The translations under genes were made by a program, and so were the position numbers. Below are positions 1 through 8,849 of a DNA stretch of 64,000 nucleotides, piece after piece. Source of the DNA: Cyanobacteria bacterium P01_A01_bin.123 (GTDB taxonomy: Bacteria; Cyanobacteriota; Cyanobacteriia; Phormidesmidales; Phormidesmidaceae); the NCBI GenBank assembly GCA_039815185.1, contig JBCBZT010000001.1, positions 1-64,000 of the forward strand, given 5' to 3'. The notes beneath the pieces were generated by a model. That model had not been told where the DNA came from. It was given only the letters and a program-made list of their open reading frames with translations, and ran no database searches. Position 1 is the stretch's first letter, and the number at the start of each line of letters is the position of its first letter.

Positions 1-610
1 AGAACCTCTCCCTCCAGGCTCCACAGTTTCACAGTGTCGTCAGCGCTGGCCGAGGCCAGGGTGTTGCCATCGGGCGAAAACGCCACACTAAGGACAACAT
101 CGCTATGACCTTCCAGGGTGTTTAACTCCTCCCCCTGGCTACTCCACAGCTTCACGGTGCCATCAGCACTGGCAGAGGCGATAGTGTTGCTATCAGGCGA
201 AAAGGACACACTATTGACACCAGCGCTATGGCCTTCCAGAGTGTTTAGTTCCTCTCCCTGGCTACTCCACAGCTTCACGGTGCCATCAGCACTGGCAGAG
301 GCGATAGTGTTGCTATCAGGCGAAAAGGACACACTCCAGACAGCAGCGCTATGGCCTTCCAGAGTGTTTAGTTCCTCCCCCTGGCTACTCCACAGCTTCA
401 CGGTGGTGTTAGCGGTGGAGGAGGCGAGGGTTTTACCATCGGGCGAAAACGCCACACTTGTAACCCAATTGCCATGGCCTTGGAGGGTGTTCAGTTCCTC
501 CCCCTGGCTGCTCCATAGTTTCACGGTGCCATCAACACTGGCAGAGGCGATAGTGTTGCCATCGGGCGAAAACGCCACACTCAAGACAGTAGCGCTATGG
601 CCTTCAAGTT
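1..610 (-). repeat. 123-bp tandem WD40-coding repeats (about 5 units visible)
   Basis: Units at 125-247 and 248-370 are near-identical; neighbouring units are similar. Confidence 0.9.
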
Positions 611-3600
611 GATTTTTCTTTCGAATTGAGTAGAGCACTGTCTGAAGTTGACCAATCATCCGGACACGATTGGCCGTGGGCATGTTCACCTCACCCAACG
701 CTGAAACAGCTCTCACACTAGCCACCAAGGCTTCCAGCTGATTATTCGATAAAAAAAGCGCTCGCGATGCTGTGCTGAGCGCTTCAATCTCACTGCGTTC
801 GGCTCGTATTCGTTGTCTATTGCGCGATTGGGCGATGAAAAAAGTTGATATCCCAAATATCAAAGCGACTGATGCCAGACCCAGCGACAGCCGAGTCGCT
901 TTTTTTTGTAAACTCAGCCGTTCTTCTAAGACTTCGGCCTTCTCTTGCAAGGCAACATTCAGCTTTTCTTCGGCTTCTTGCTGGCGTCGCTTAGCCGCTT
1001 CTAGCTCCCGCAAAATTTCTGGCGGATGTCTCAACCGCACATAATCCACCAAATAATCATGCACCAACTGATACCGATCATCCGGCTCATCCGGTACCTC
1101 AAACACCAACCCCGACCCCACTAAAATCTCCAACACCAAATCCAGCTGAGTCTCATCAAAGCCCATGCCCAGCCCCGTCAACGCCTCCTCAACCTCCTCT
1201 CGCGTTTTCAATGGGCGATAGAGCCGCTTATCGGTATCCTCTTCGGTGAGCACATACAGCACAATCCGGGCCAAATCTTCATTGGGCGGCCCACAATCCG
1301 CCACCGTATAGGCCAAAAACTTCTGCACCAGCGTTTGCTTCGGCGTTTCCCCCAAATCTCGGTACTGATCCAGCGTGGTAATCTCTTCCCGCTGCAACTG
1401 TGCCCCCACCACCTGCAACTCAATGGGTCGCACATCCCCTGTCTCCAGCGCCAAATCTTGCACCAGCACCGCAATCAGCGCATCGTCTAGATAAAACTGG
1501 GCATCCCTCGTCAACTTGCGAATCACCGCTTCCGCATCGGTCAGCGAAAAATTGTCTAGCCGATAGCGAATATCTCGACTGAGGATGTCGTTGTCCCTAT
1601 GATTGCTGCTTTGATCAAGACTGCTGCTCAGGTCGACAACCTTTTCAACCTCAAGCAAATGGTGCAAATAGTCTTCCCGTAACGACAACACCACCTTGAC
1701 AAACGAAAGTTCAAGGCGATTTAAGCACTGGCCTAAAAATTCATAGAACAGCCGCCGTTCTTCCAGAGTCGGCTTTTCAAAGAAGAATTCTTCAAACTGA
1801 TCGAAGAGCAGGACGATGAAGTAGTCCTTTTGATTGAGGGCTTGGAGTTTGGAAAGTAGTGAGTGAGTGGGGGAGTGGGGGAGTGGGGGAGTGGGGGAGG
1901 CTAGAAAAGGCGGGGCGGAAGGTGAAGGGGACTTGTTGAAGGCGCGGAGTTTGCCTGGGATCTGTTCAACGCTTTGGTCTGAGTTTGCTGGAGGGGGGGA
2001 CGCGGTGAATCGCGTCCGTACGGCGGTGGGGCGTGTGGGTAGCTCGGTCAGGGCTTGGTCTAGGGCCGTTTCGATTGCTTGTTGCCAGTTGACATAGGTT
2101 TGAATCAGGATGGGTAAGCTGTTGCGGCCTTCGGGGGTGATGCGGCGGAGGGCCGGGGTGAGTCCGGCGTTGACGATGGAGCTTTTGCCGACGCCGGAAG
2201 GGCCGTGGATGACGATTAGCTGATTGTGTTTTGCCTTGAGCCGTTGAACCAATCTTTCAATGTCGTGTTCCCGACCGGAGGCGGCAATTTCAGCCGCGAC
2301 GGCCGTTTGGGTTTCCGTATCGAGGGGGCGGGCATAGGCGCTGCGTTTGTGGGGTTGCACCGCCCCCGCACCGATAAAGGCCCGCAGGTTGTAGCGAAAT
2401 TCCACCGCCCGCCGTTCTTGCTTGATCCGAAAGGCTTCTCGGTATTGCCCGGCCTCAAAATAGTGGTGAATTAGCTCATCCAAAATCTGACGATAGAGGG
2501 TGAGGTCAAGCTCAGGGTTAGTTTCTGCCTGGGCCTCGGCCAACAGCGCGATCGCGTCCTGAGGCGTACCCAAATGCATTTGTGCCTCGCCGAGCAAAAA
2601 GCGATACCAGCCCCGCTGAAACCGATTGGCGATCGCTAGCGCCACCGCCAACGGTTCATCCGCTGGATTTTGATCTAACTGTCGTTCTGCTTCTGTCAAC
2701 AGGTCAAGGGCGTTCAAAGCTTCAGCCCGGGCCGTTTGCCAGTCTTGATTTGCTAGAGCCACTTCGGCCAAAAAACCGCGATCGCGGGCCTGCCTAACCC
2801 AATCCTGAGTTTGTTCGTGCAGGGCTAAGGATTCTTGGGCGATCGCCGCTAACGCTCGCCAGTCCCGCTGCTTTTGCAACACTTCTGCCAGCGCATGGAT
2901 AAACTGTGCCTGCCGCTGCGGTTGATTCAGCACCTTAAAGATCGCCAAACAGGCCGCAAAATTCTGCTGCGCCTGCCGCAAAGAAGCCTCGTAGGTAACC
3001 CGCTGCAAGACTGCATTGCTGCGCCACCAGAGGCCGAGGTAGAAGTGGAGGATAGCGGTTTTTTCGAGAGGGGAGGGTGATGGGGGGATGGGGGGATGGG
3101 GTGATCGAGTAGAAGCGTTGACGAATTCCTCCCCACCTTCCCCATCTCGATTCCTAACACCTAACGCCTCTCCCCCACTCCCCAACTCGATCACACCATC
3201 ACTTCCCACGTCCCCACGCCCCCGCGCTGCCCGCTCCTGCCAATAGCCTAGGCTCCGCTGATAGCCCGCCCTGGCTGCTTCCATTTCGGTGTGGCTGTGG
3301 GCATCTCGGCCCCGTAGGAAGTCGAGGCTGGCGGTGAGGTCGGGGTCGAGGGGTTGATCGGGGCCGAGATCGTTGAGGGCGGCTTCGAGTTCGTTGCGCA
3401 GGCGGGAGGTGCCATTGAGATTGAGGGCGGTTTCGGGTAGGACATCGCTGCCAAACTCAAGCACCTGCTGAAACAGCTGATTGGTGCCTTGGTGCAAGGC
3501 ATAAATCAGTTCATCGAGGGGATAGTCAAAAGGAATCGTGGGCGGGGCCTGGTTTTTGAAATCTTGGGCGTAGCGGCTGATGAGGCGGACAACGCGATCG

Positions 3601-3980
3601 CTCAACCAGAGGATGAGCGGACAATCCATCAGCGATCGCAGTTGGTCTCTGGCTAAATTGGCATCTTTGAGTGCTTGGTTGAGATTAGACAACGCCCACA
3701 ATTGGGTAACGACCAACGCGGTGGGGGGAGTCGTTGTCGTTTGTAAATGGTGGCGAATGGCCATGACCACACTCGGGGTATTGGCTTCTAGCGCTAGCAC
3801 CTGCACGCCGTCAAACTGGCTTTGCAACTGCTCAATCACATAACCCTGCAACCGTTCGTAGTCGCACCGCACCAGCACGACTGAAAATTGGCCCACCGAC
3901 AGTCGCACCGCCCGCTCCAACCGCTGCAGCGACTCGCGATTGTGCGCCAGAATTTCGGCTTTAGTGTGTGACCGCATCAT
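1..3980 (-). CDS. STAND-type (nSTAND1-like) NTPase with TPR-like helical region, one TM helix and C-terminal WD40 repeats; 3' end beyond window
   Basis: Manual translation from ATG at 3980 (MMRSHTKAEILAHNRESLQRLERAVRLSVGQFSVVLVRCDY). Walker A VIHGPSGVGKSS at ~2180-2215, Walker B FIVLLFDQFEEFF at ~1785-1825, hydrophobic LSLGLASVALIFGISTFFIA at ~830-890, then repeats like GHSAGVNSVSFSPDSNTIASASADGTVKLWS. Start and the last WD40 codons are in the same frame; absent from the ORF track presumably because the stop lies outside the window. Confidence 0.9.
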   Translation of the reverse strand, partial: MMRSHTKAEILAHNRESLQRLERAVRLSVGQFSVVLVRCDYERLQGYVIEQLQSQFDGVQVLALEANTPSVVMAIRHHLQTTTTPPTALVVTQLWALSNLNQALKDANLARDQLRSLMDCPLILWLSDRVVRLISRYAQDFKNQAPPTIPFDYPLDELIYALHQGTNQLFQQVLEFGSDVLPETALNLNGTSRLRNELEAALNDLGPDQPLDPDLTASLDFLRGRDAHSHTEMEAARAGYQRSLGYWQERAARGRGDVGSDGVIELGSGGEALGVRNRDGEGGEEFVNASTRSPHPPIPPSPSPLEKTAILHFYLGLWWRSNAVLQRVTYEASLRQAQQNFAACLAIFKVLNQPQRQAQFIHALAEVLQKQRDWRALAAIAQESLALHEQTQDWVRQARDRGFLAEVALANQDWQTARAEALNALDLLTEAERQLDQNPADEPLAVALAIANRFQRGWYRFLLGEAQMHLGTPQDAIALLAEAQAETNPELDLTLYRQILDELIHHYFEAGQYREAFRIKQERRAVEFRYNLRAFIGAGAVQPHKRSAYARPLDTETQTAVAAEIAASGREHDIERLVQRLKAKHNQLIVIHGPSGVGKSSIVNAGLTPALRRITPEGRNSLPILIQTYVNWQQAIETALDQALTELPTRPTAVRTRFTASPPPANSDQSVEQIPGKLRAFNKSPSPSAPPFLASPTPPLPHSPTHSLLSKLQALNQKDYFIVLLFDQFEEFFFEKPTLEERRLFYEFLGQCLNRLELSFVKVVLSLREDYLHHLLEVEKVVDLSSSLDQSSNHRDNDILSRDIRYRLDNFSLTDAEAVIRKLTRDAQFYLDDALIAVLVQDLALETGDVRPIELQVVGAQLQREEITTLDQYRDLGETPKQTLVQKFLAYTVADCGPPNEDLARIVLYVLTEEDTDKRLYRPLKTREEVEEALTGLGMGFDETQLDLVLEILVGSGLVFEVPDEPDDRYQLVHDYLVDYVRLRHPPEILRELEAAKRRQQEAEEKLNVALQEKAEVLEERLSLQKKATRLSLGLASVALIFGISTFFIAQSRNRQRIRAERSEIEALSTASRALFLSNNQLEALVASVRAVSALGEVNMPTANRVRMIGQLQTVLYSIRKKNQLEGHSATVLSVAFSPDGNTIASASVDGTVKLWSSQGEELNTLQGHGNWVTSVAFSPDGKTLASSTANTTVKLWSSQGEELNTLEGHSAAVWSVSFSPDSNTIASASADGTVKLWSSQGEELNTLEGHSAGVNSVSFSPDSNTIASASADGTVKLWSSQGEELNTLEGHSDVVLSVAFSPDGNTLASASADDTVKLWSLEGEV

Positions 3981-3986
3981 AGACAC

Positions 3987-4036
3987 TAATATTAGCGCTA
4001 CCGAGTGGATGTACTCACTCAGTAGCGCTAATATTA
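3987..4036. promoter_or_regulatory. Inverted repeat, 21-bp arms (1 mismatch), 8-nt loop, just upstream of the STAND-WD40 start codon
   Basis: taatattagcgctaccgagtg-gatgtact-cactcagtagcgctaatatta. Confidence 0.6.
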
Positions 4037-4126
4037 AACCGTTTCCAGGTTCAGAACTGGTGTTTTGCTAACGGAAAACAGCATATCCTCATCTGAACGG
4101 GATTGATTCCGAAGGAGTCGCATATC

Positions 4127-4303
4127 CTAATGCTGCCCGCCTCGAATCCTTCTCCAAACCCAACGGGCGGCATTTTCCACGCTCGTGCCAATTCCCGCTT
4201 GCTGTAGGGAATTTCCAGTGGCGGAAAACCCTGAAGTAGAGTTGCGGTTAGCCTCGGATTGATCAGCGTTATTATTCAGGTCAGATGGATTGAAATCAGA
4301 CAT
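4127..4303 (-). CDS. Small hypothetical protein, 58 aa
   Basis: MSDFNPSDLNNNADQSEANRNSTSGFSATGNSLQQAGIGTSVENAARWVWRRIRGGQH; AAGGAG Shine-Dalgarno 8 nt upstream of the ATG; below the ORF-track length cutoff. Confidence 0.55.
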   Translation of the reverse strand: MSDFNPSDLNNNADQSEANRNSTSGFSATGNSLQQAGIGTSVENAARWVWRRIRGGQH

Positions 4304-4352
4304 GGGGCATTCTCCTTGGGGCTGTGCTATCGATTCAAATGAGTTCTAGAGG

Positions 4353-4505
4353 TTATTTGCGTCTGCCACGGATTAAGTCCCGAAGCTTACGACCAACGTT
4401 CATCGTTTGATCCGTTTTTGAGCGTGTTTTACCTTGAGAATTTTCCTTTGCGGTCGAAACTAAAGTTTCTAGAGCTTCGCGCACCTTCAAGCGTGTATTC
4501 GACAT
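4353..4505 (-). CDS. Small basic hypothetical protein, 50 aa
   Basis: MSNTRLKVREALETLVSTAKENSQGKTRSKTDQTMNVGRKLRDLIRGRRK; AGGGA upstream; co-directional with neighbours. Confidence 0.5.
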   Translation of the reverse strand: MSNTRLKVREALETLVSTAKENSQGKTRSKTDQTMNVGRKLRDLIRGRRK

Positions 4506-4768
4506 GACTTTATCCCTGATTCAAACAACAATCATCGCCAAACCCTTGATATTGGCCTGATAAACCAAGTCAAGCTCGGGATACGGAGTTCGCCCATAGG
4601 TTAAACTTCAGGTCTGGACTTGGACAAGGTTTAGAGAACCTTTAAGCTTGGCTTCCACTGGTTAATAGACTTGGATTCGTTAGGTTATGCAGTTTTGCCA
4701 ATTCACCCTGAATGCTTCATGACCGCTTGATACAATTCGGGATGTTTTTTTCAACTTGTTAGAGTTCG

Positions 4769-7258
4769 TTAACGGTTCAGGTTTGAGTTGATTGGATTTA
4801 TCTTGCGATCGCCTCTGATGGCGCTCAATACCAACAGCCAAATCGTCAGCAAGGGTAATGCAATTGGCACCAACGTCGCGGTTGAGGTGAACAGTTGAAC
4901 CATCCCCAGGGCATATAGGACAGAGGCGGCAGCTAATCGGTATAAACCCCTCGAGCGCTGTTTCTCTTCAAGGGAAATAAAGCGAATGCTTAAGGCTTTA
5001 GCCAATCCAATCGCTAGCCCAATCACCCACCAGTCAGATACTTTCCAAGCTCGGTACTGGGTGAGCAAGTGGTGAACGTTATAAGCTTGTAATTCGCCTC
5101 GAGTAATAAAGTTTTGGCACGGATACTGTTTTAGCAAGCAGCCAAAAAAGTCGTGCGATAAAGGTACTGAAAAGAAATCTTCCTCAGCACTGTAGTCTCC
5201 TGGGGCGATGATGACCACGCGATCGGCAAAGTAATCGGGTGGAAACTGGTCGGAGAGCAACTCATGGGCTGGAATCGTTTCATAAACGTGATCGGGGGGC
5301 AACGAGGTATCAATAATATACTGTCGACGGCGATCGCCTCCCATCGCCCATCTTTGCCTGCCGCGATCGGCCCACTGTACCAGTTGACTAACTGCTGTAT
5401 CGGATTGTTGTTGCCAGGTTCTCAGGTGGAAACTCAGCTCGGTTTGCAAGTTTTGACTGCGACCGGGGTCTGGTTTAAAGGTTTGTTGAAATGGGGCGTA
5501 GTTTTCAATGGCTGCCGATAACGCTAGCAAGTAGCTAAACGTGCAGTCTTGGGCACAGGTGCCGTCTTGAGGCAAGTCGAGTTCCCAAGGATAAAACCGC
5601 TGATCACCGTTAAAGCTCCAGTGGTCTGAGGCAATGCGATCGCGCACAAACAGCTCGCCCTCAGTATCGCTGGCAAAAACAAACCAGGTTCCCTGGGCCA
5701 CAGCCGCCTGGATCGAATCAGCCAGCAGGACTTCTTGGGGTTCTTCGGTGTAGAGCAGATAGCTAATCCCCATGGTTTTTGCGCCAAAGCTAGACAGCTT
5801 GCGAATCAAGCCAGACAAATATTCCCGATCGATTTCGTGGGGGTCAGCAAACTGAAAACCTGGCATGTTTTCGCTGGCGCGATTGAGCGAAGTTTGATCC
5901 ACGGAAATCAGCGCCACTGGGGGGAGATCCTCTGGGGGTAAGGGTTGGGTGTAATACCGATAAACGGCTTGCAACAATAACCGGGTATCGAGCAACACGC
6001 CAATGCGCAGCGGTTGAATTAGACAAATCACGGAGACTAATGCAATCAAGGTCAGATCTTTGCGGGTCAGTCCCCACTGGCGTACCCCCTGACGCCAATC
6101 TGAAGGTTGAATGCGGTAAGGAGTGCTGCCGGGGGCTAAAAATAATGAGGACACCAGATGCGCCGAGGGATAGGCAAATCTTTCGGTTTCCGCCAGCGAT
6201 CGCTGGGCGATCGCCAATGCCTTCCCCACATCTAGCCCTTGGGCAAGCTGTTGGCAAAAGGGGCTCAAAAAACGGTGGGCAGGGGCGCTAGCCACGGGTT
6301 CACGCATGACCAAGGCTTGTATCCCTAACCCGGCTAGGGATTGGGCAATGCTGAGGCCATTGCAAGAGTTAAACAGGGCCAATTGCAGTCCGTTTTGGCG
6401 GGCTTCAGCTAGGGCTTCTTCGGTTTCGCTCAAGGAGAGTTGAATGTTGGCAGACAGGGCAAATTGCCCGCCGCTGATAGCAGTATCGTCGCTATGGCCA
6501 CCGAAGTAAAGCACGTCCCAACCGCGATCGTCTTTGAGAGTTGCCGTAATTTTGGTTTTAACGGCGGCAACCGTATCTTCAGGAGACCAAGTCAGTCGCT
6601 GTACCTCGGCCACGCTACGCAGCGATCGCAGCACCTGCCAATCCGTTTGCAAGGCTAAAGTCGGATCATCGGCCAAAATCGCTAAAATTCGAGTTTTGCG
6701 ATGCCGTCGCGATCGCCCTATAGTCGCCCCCGCCTGCTCCCGCTGTGGCGCACTGCGAAAAATGCGAATGGTATCTGCTGGGGTTCCCTCTGGTGCTAAA
6801 TCCCACTGTTCCCAAGGTAACCGCGCCAGGTCAGCAGACTCGCACGCGACAAACACGTCAATGCCCACTGCCGCCGCAGGGCCACCTGCATGCATGAGCC
6901 GCGTCAGCTGATCGCGAATTTTTTGTTGAATTACGCGCCCCTCACCTTCTCCCAACCACCGTCGAAACGCCTGGATCAACGCTTGTTCGGCTTCCATCAA
7001 ATCGTGGGCCGGATCGCTAGAACCGGGGTTGAGTCGGCCACTGCTGCTAACTGGGGCGGCAGAACTCAATTCATAAAAGCGAAAGTAGCGTTTGCGCCAC
7101 AGGTCATAGTGTTGGGTCAACTGGGCCGATTCAGGCAGGGGAACCGACAGGTGTTGGCTCCGCTGGTTCCACAGCAGCAGCAAAATACAGTTTGCACCTT
7201 GCTGCAATACCCGCAACTCAAAGGGATAACGCTGCTTTTCTACGGCCTGATTCACCAT
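4769..7258 (-). CDS. CHAT (caspase/HetF-like) protease - TM - CHASE2 sensor - 3 TM receptor
   Basis: LARLPWEQW, ILAILAD, WDVLYFGGHS (His) and LALFNSCNGL (Cys) CHAT motifs; TM segment; CHASE2-like PPVALISVDQTSL...DREYLSGLIRKL...RVVIIA...GELQAYNVHHLL; three C-terminal hydrophobic helices. Start placed at ATG 7258 (ORF open to 7306). Confidence 0.88.
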   Translation of the reverse strand: MVNQAVEKQRYPFELRVLQQGANCILLLLWNQRSQHLSVPLPESAQLTQHYDLWRKRYFRFYELSSAAPVSSSGRLNPGSSDPAHDLMEAEQALIQAFRRWLGEGEGRVIQQKIRDQLTRLMHAGGPAAAVGIDVFVACESADLARLPWEQWDLAPEGTPADTIRIFRSAPQREQAGATIGRSRRHRKTRILAILADDPTLALQTDWQVLRSLRSVAEVQRLTWSPEDTVAAVKTKITATLKDDRGWDVLYFGGHSDDTAISGGQFALSANIQLSLSETEEALAEARQNGLQLALFNSCNGLSIAQSLAGLGIQALVMREPVASAPAHRFLSPFCQQLAQGLDVGKALAIAQRSLAETERFAYPSAHLVSSLFLAPGSTPYRIQPSDWRQGVRQWGLTRKDLTLIALVSVICLIQPLRIGVLLDTRLLLQAVYRYYTQPLPPEDLPPVALISVDQTSLNRASENMPGFQFADPHEIDREYLSGLIRKLSSFGAKTMGISYLLYTEEPQEVLLADSIQAAVAQGTWFVFASDTEGELFVRDRIASDHWSFNGDQRFYPWELDLPQDGTCAQDCTFSYLLALSAAIENYAPFQQTFKPDPGRSQNLQTELSFHLRTWQQQSDTAVSQLVQWADRGRQRWAMGGDRRRQYIIDTSLPPDHVYETIPAHELLSDQFPPDYFADRVVIIAPGDYSAEEDFFSVPLSHDFFGCLLKQYPCQNFITRGELQAYNVHHLLTQYRAWKVSDWWVIGLAIGLAKALSIRFISLEEKQRSRGLYRLAAASVLYALGMVQLFTSTATLVPIALPLLTIWLLVLSAIRGDRKINPINSNLNR

Positions 7259-7326
7259 CACAGTTAACCTAGATCTAAGACATAAGGCGATCCTTGATCG
7301 TGGCATTGACTCATAGATCTCCGATT

Positions 7327-7413
7327 TAGCCCCCCAATGCTGGGAGGAACTAATCTCTCAAAATCCCCCAGCATTTGAGGGCTTAAAGCCCTCCGGGCAT
7401 AGATGAAAGGGGG
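7327..7413. repeat. Short dispersed repeat family D, copy 1
   Basis: caaaatcccccagcat...cttaaagccctccgggcata...aaaggggg shared with 13035-13147. Confidence 0.6.
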
Positions 7414-7463
7414 ACAATGCAGCATGTATTGGGTTGGTTTATTCATCTCTGTGGCCCAGCACT

Positions 7464-8849
7464 TTAGCCATCATCACTTTCATTGTCATAAACAAAAGGC
7501 AGGGAAACCCAGTTTGGTCCGTTAATGGGCGTCAGCGTGATCACAAACGGGGCTTCGGTGTGACCGTCAACCTTGGCGTAGAGAAACGGATCGTTAAATT
7601 CAGACACTGGGGCTGCCATTTCTTGGTCTGGGGTGCTGATGGCCATCCGGACACCATTGGGCAGGGAGGTGCCCATTTGCATGCCTAGCAATGCCAGCAG
7701 TGACCAGCTGGGTGCTTCATCGGGAGAGGACAACCAGTGCACAGTGCATAGTCTCACGGGCACCCCCCGCAAATCAATGTCTTGATAGGCGTAGACTGCC
7801 GATTCAGGAATGAGCATGCCCTGGCGTCTTAACTCTGCGATCGCGGCTTGAAATTTATCAATTGATCGCAGACCGCTGGTCACGGGCGTCAGTTGGGGTA
7901 AAAAGAGCCCAGCCCCCGCTGCCGCCGTATCCACTTCACCCCGTAGCCAAGTCGCCACGTTGATAGCAGGTTGGGCCAAGGTTTGAAATAAGGTAGACAG
8001 TTGAGCCGGAGCAGATCGCCAGCGTTGATTTGCCGCCTGATCTACAGTTTGGCTTGCCGTGTGCCCAAAAAACTGGCCCGCTTGAAACTGTCGCCGCCAG
8101 CGATAAAGCTGTTTCAGTAGCGGTGAATTTTGCAAAATGGCCCGGCCTTGTTCCCAACTCAGATGATCGGTGAGAGCGTCTTCGGGCGATCGCAGCCAGG
8201 TTTGAATCATTTGCCAACAGCCTGTCTCCACCGCCTGTTTTTCATTTGAAAACGAGGGCAAGGCAACGGCGGCAGGTTCGAGCTGCTGGAGTTGCACCAG
8301 TAAATGGTTGGGTTCACTATCAAAGGCCGTCAGCGGCAGGGCATAGTGCCAGCTTTCGGGTTCAGGGTTGACCTGGGCGTGGCAAGCTTGGGCCAGCGTG
8401 GCGTAGCGTTCATGGCCCCGCACAAGTACCTGTCCCCATTCTTCTTGAACCTCTAGCACCACATAAAAGTGGGCCGCAAACTCGGGTAACTCAATGATCG
8501 CCTTGGGCAACAAGATTTCCTCGGCAAATAAGTTTTCAACCACCAGTAAGGCCAAGCGAAATGCCCCGACGCGCAGATTGCACACGCTGTCGATGACGCT
8601 CGCGATCGCGGGTTGGTGCAGCGAACAGCGCCTTCCCATTACCGTTAAACCTGGGTTTTGGCCCCGCTCAGTTAACCAATCGACAAATCCACTGTAGGCC
8701 AACCCTTGTAAATAGGTCTGCCACTGCCACGACTCCCCCACCATGGTTTGGGCAATTTGCTCAGACCAATCAAATTGTTCTGATTCCAGGGCGATCACCT
8801 CTGGTGAAGCCAGCCGCCAGTCCGTCATTTCAGATGTGGTGTGGTTCAT
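7464..8849 (-). CDS. DUF1822 family protein
   Basis: WQTYLQGLAYSGFVDWL, VCNLRVGAFRLAL, LPKAIIELPEFAAHFYVVLEVQEE and INVATWL motifs; overlaps the upstream gene's 3' end by 20 bp. Confidence 0.85.
   Translation of the reverse strand: MNHTTSEMTDWRLASPEVIALESEQFDWSEQIAQTMVGESWQWQTYLQGLAYSGFVDWLTERGQNPGLTVMGRRCSLHQPAIASVIDSVCNLRVGAFRLALLVVENLFAEEILLPKAIIELPEFAAHFYVVLEVQEEWGQVLVRGHERYATLAQACHAQVNPEPESWHYALPLTAFDSEPNHLLVQLQQLEPAAVALPSFSNEKQAVETGCWQMIQTWLRSPEDALTDHLSWEQGRAILQNSPLLKQLYRWRRQFQAGQFFGHTASQTVDQAANQRWRSAPAQLSTLFQTLAQPAINVATWLRGEVDTAAAGAGLFLPQLTPVTSGLRSIDKFQAAIAELRRQGMLIPESAVYAYQDIDLRGVPVRLCTVHWLSSPDEAPSWSLLALLGMQMGTSLPNGVRMAISTPDQEMAAPVSEFNDPFLYAKVDGHTEAPFVITLTPINGPNWVSLPFVYDNESDDG

Noticed and set aside
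118..612. Repetitive plus-strand 164-aa ORF; possible CRISPR-like array
   Set aside because: Antisense shadow of the WD40 repeats; units are contiguous 123-bp coding repeats with no unique spacers.
4127..4505. PatS/PatX-type RGSGR signalling peptides
   Set aside because: Peptides end in IRGRRK and IRGGQH; the RGSGR motif is absent.
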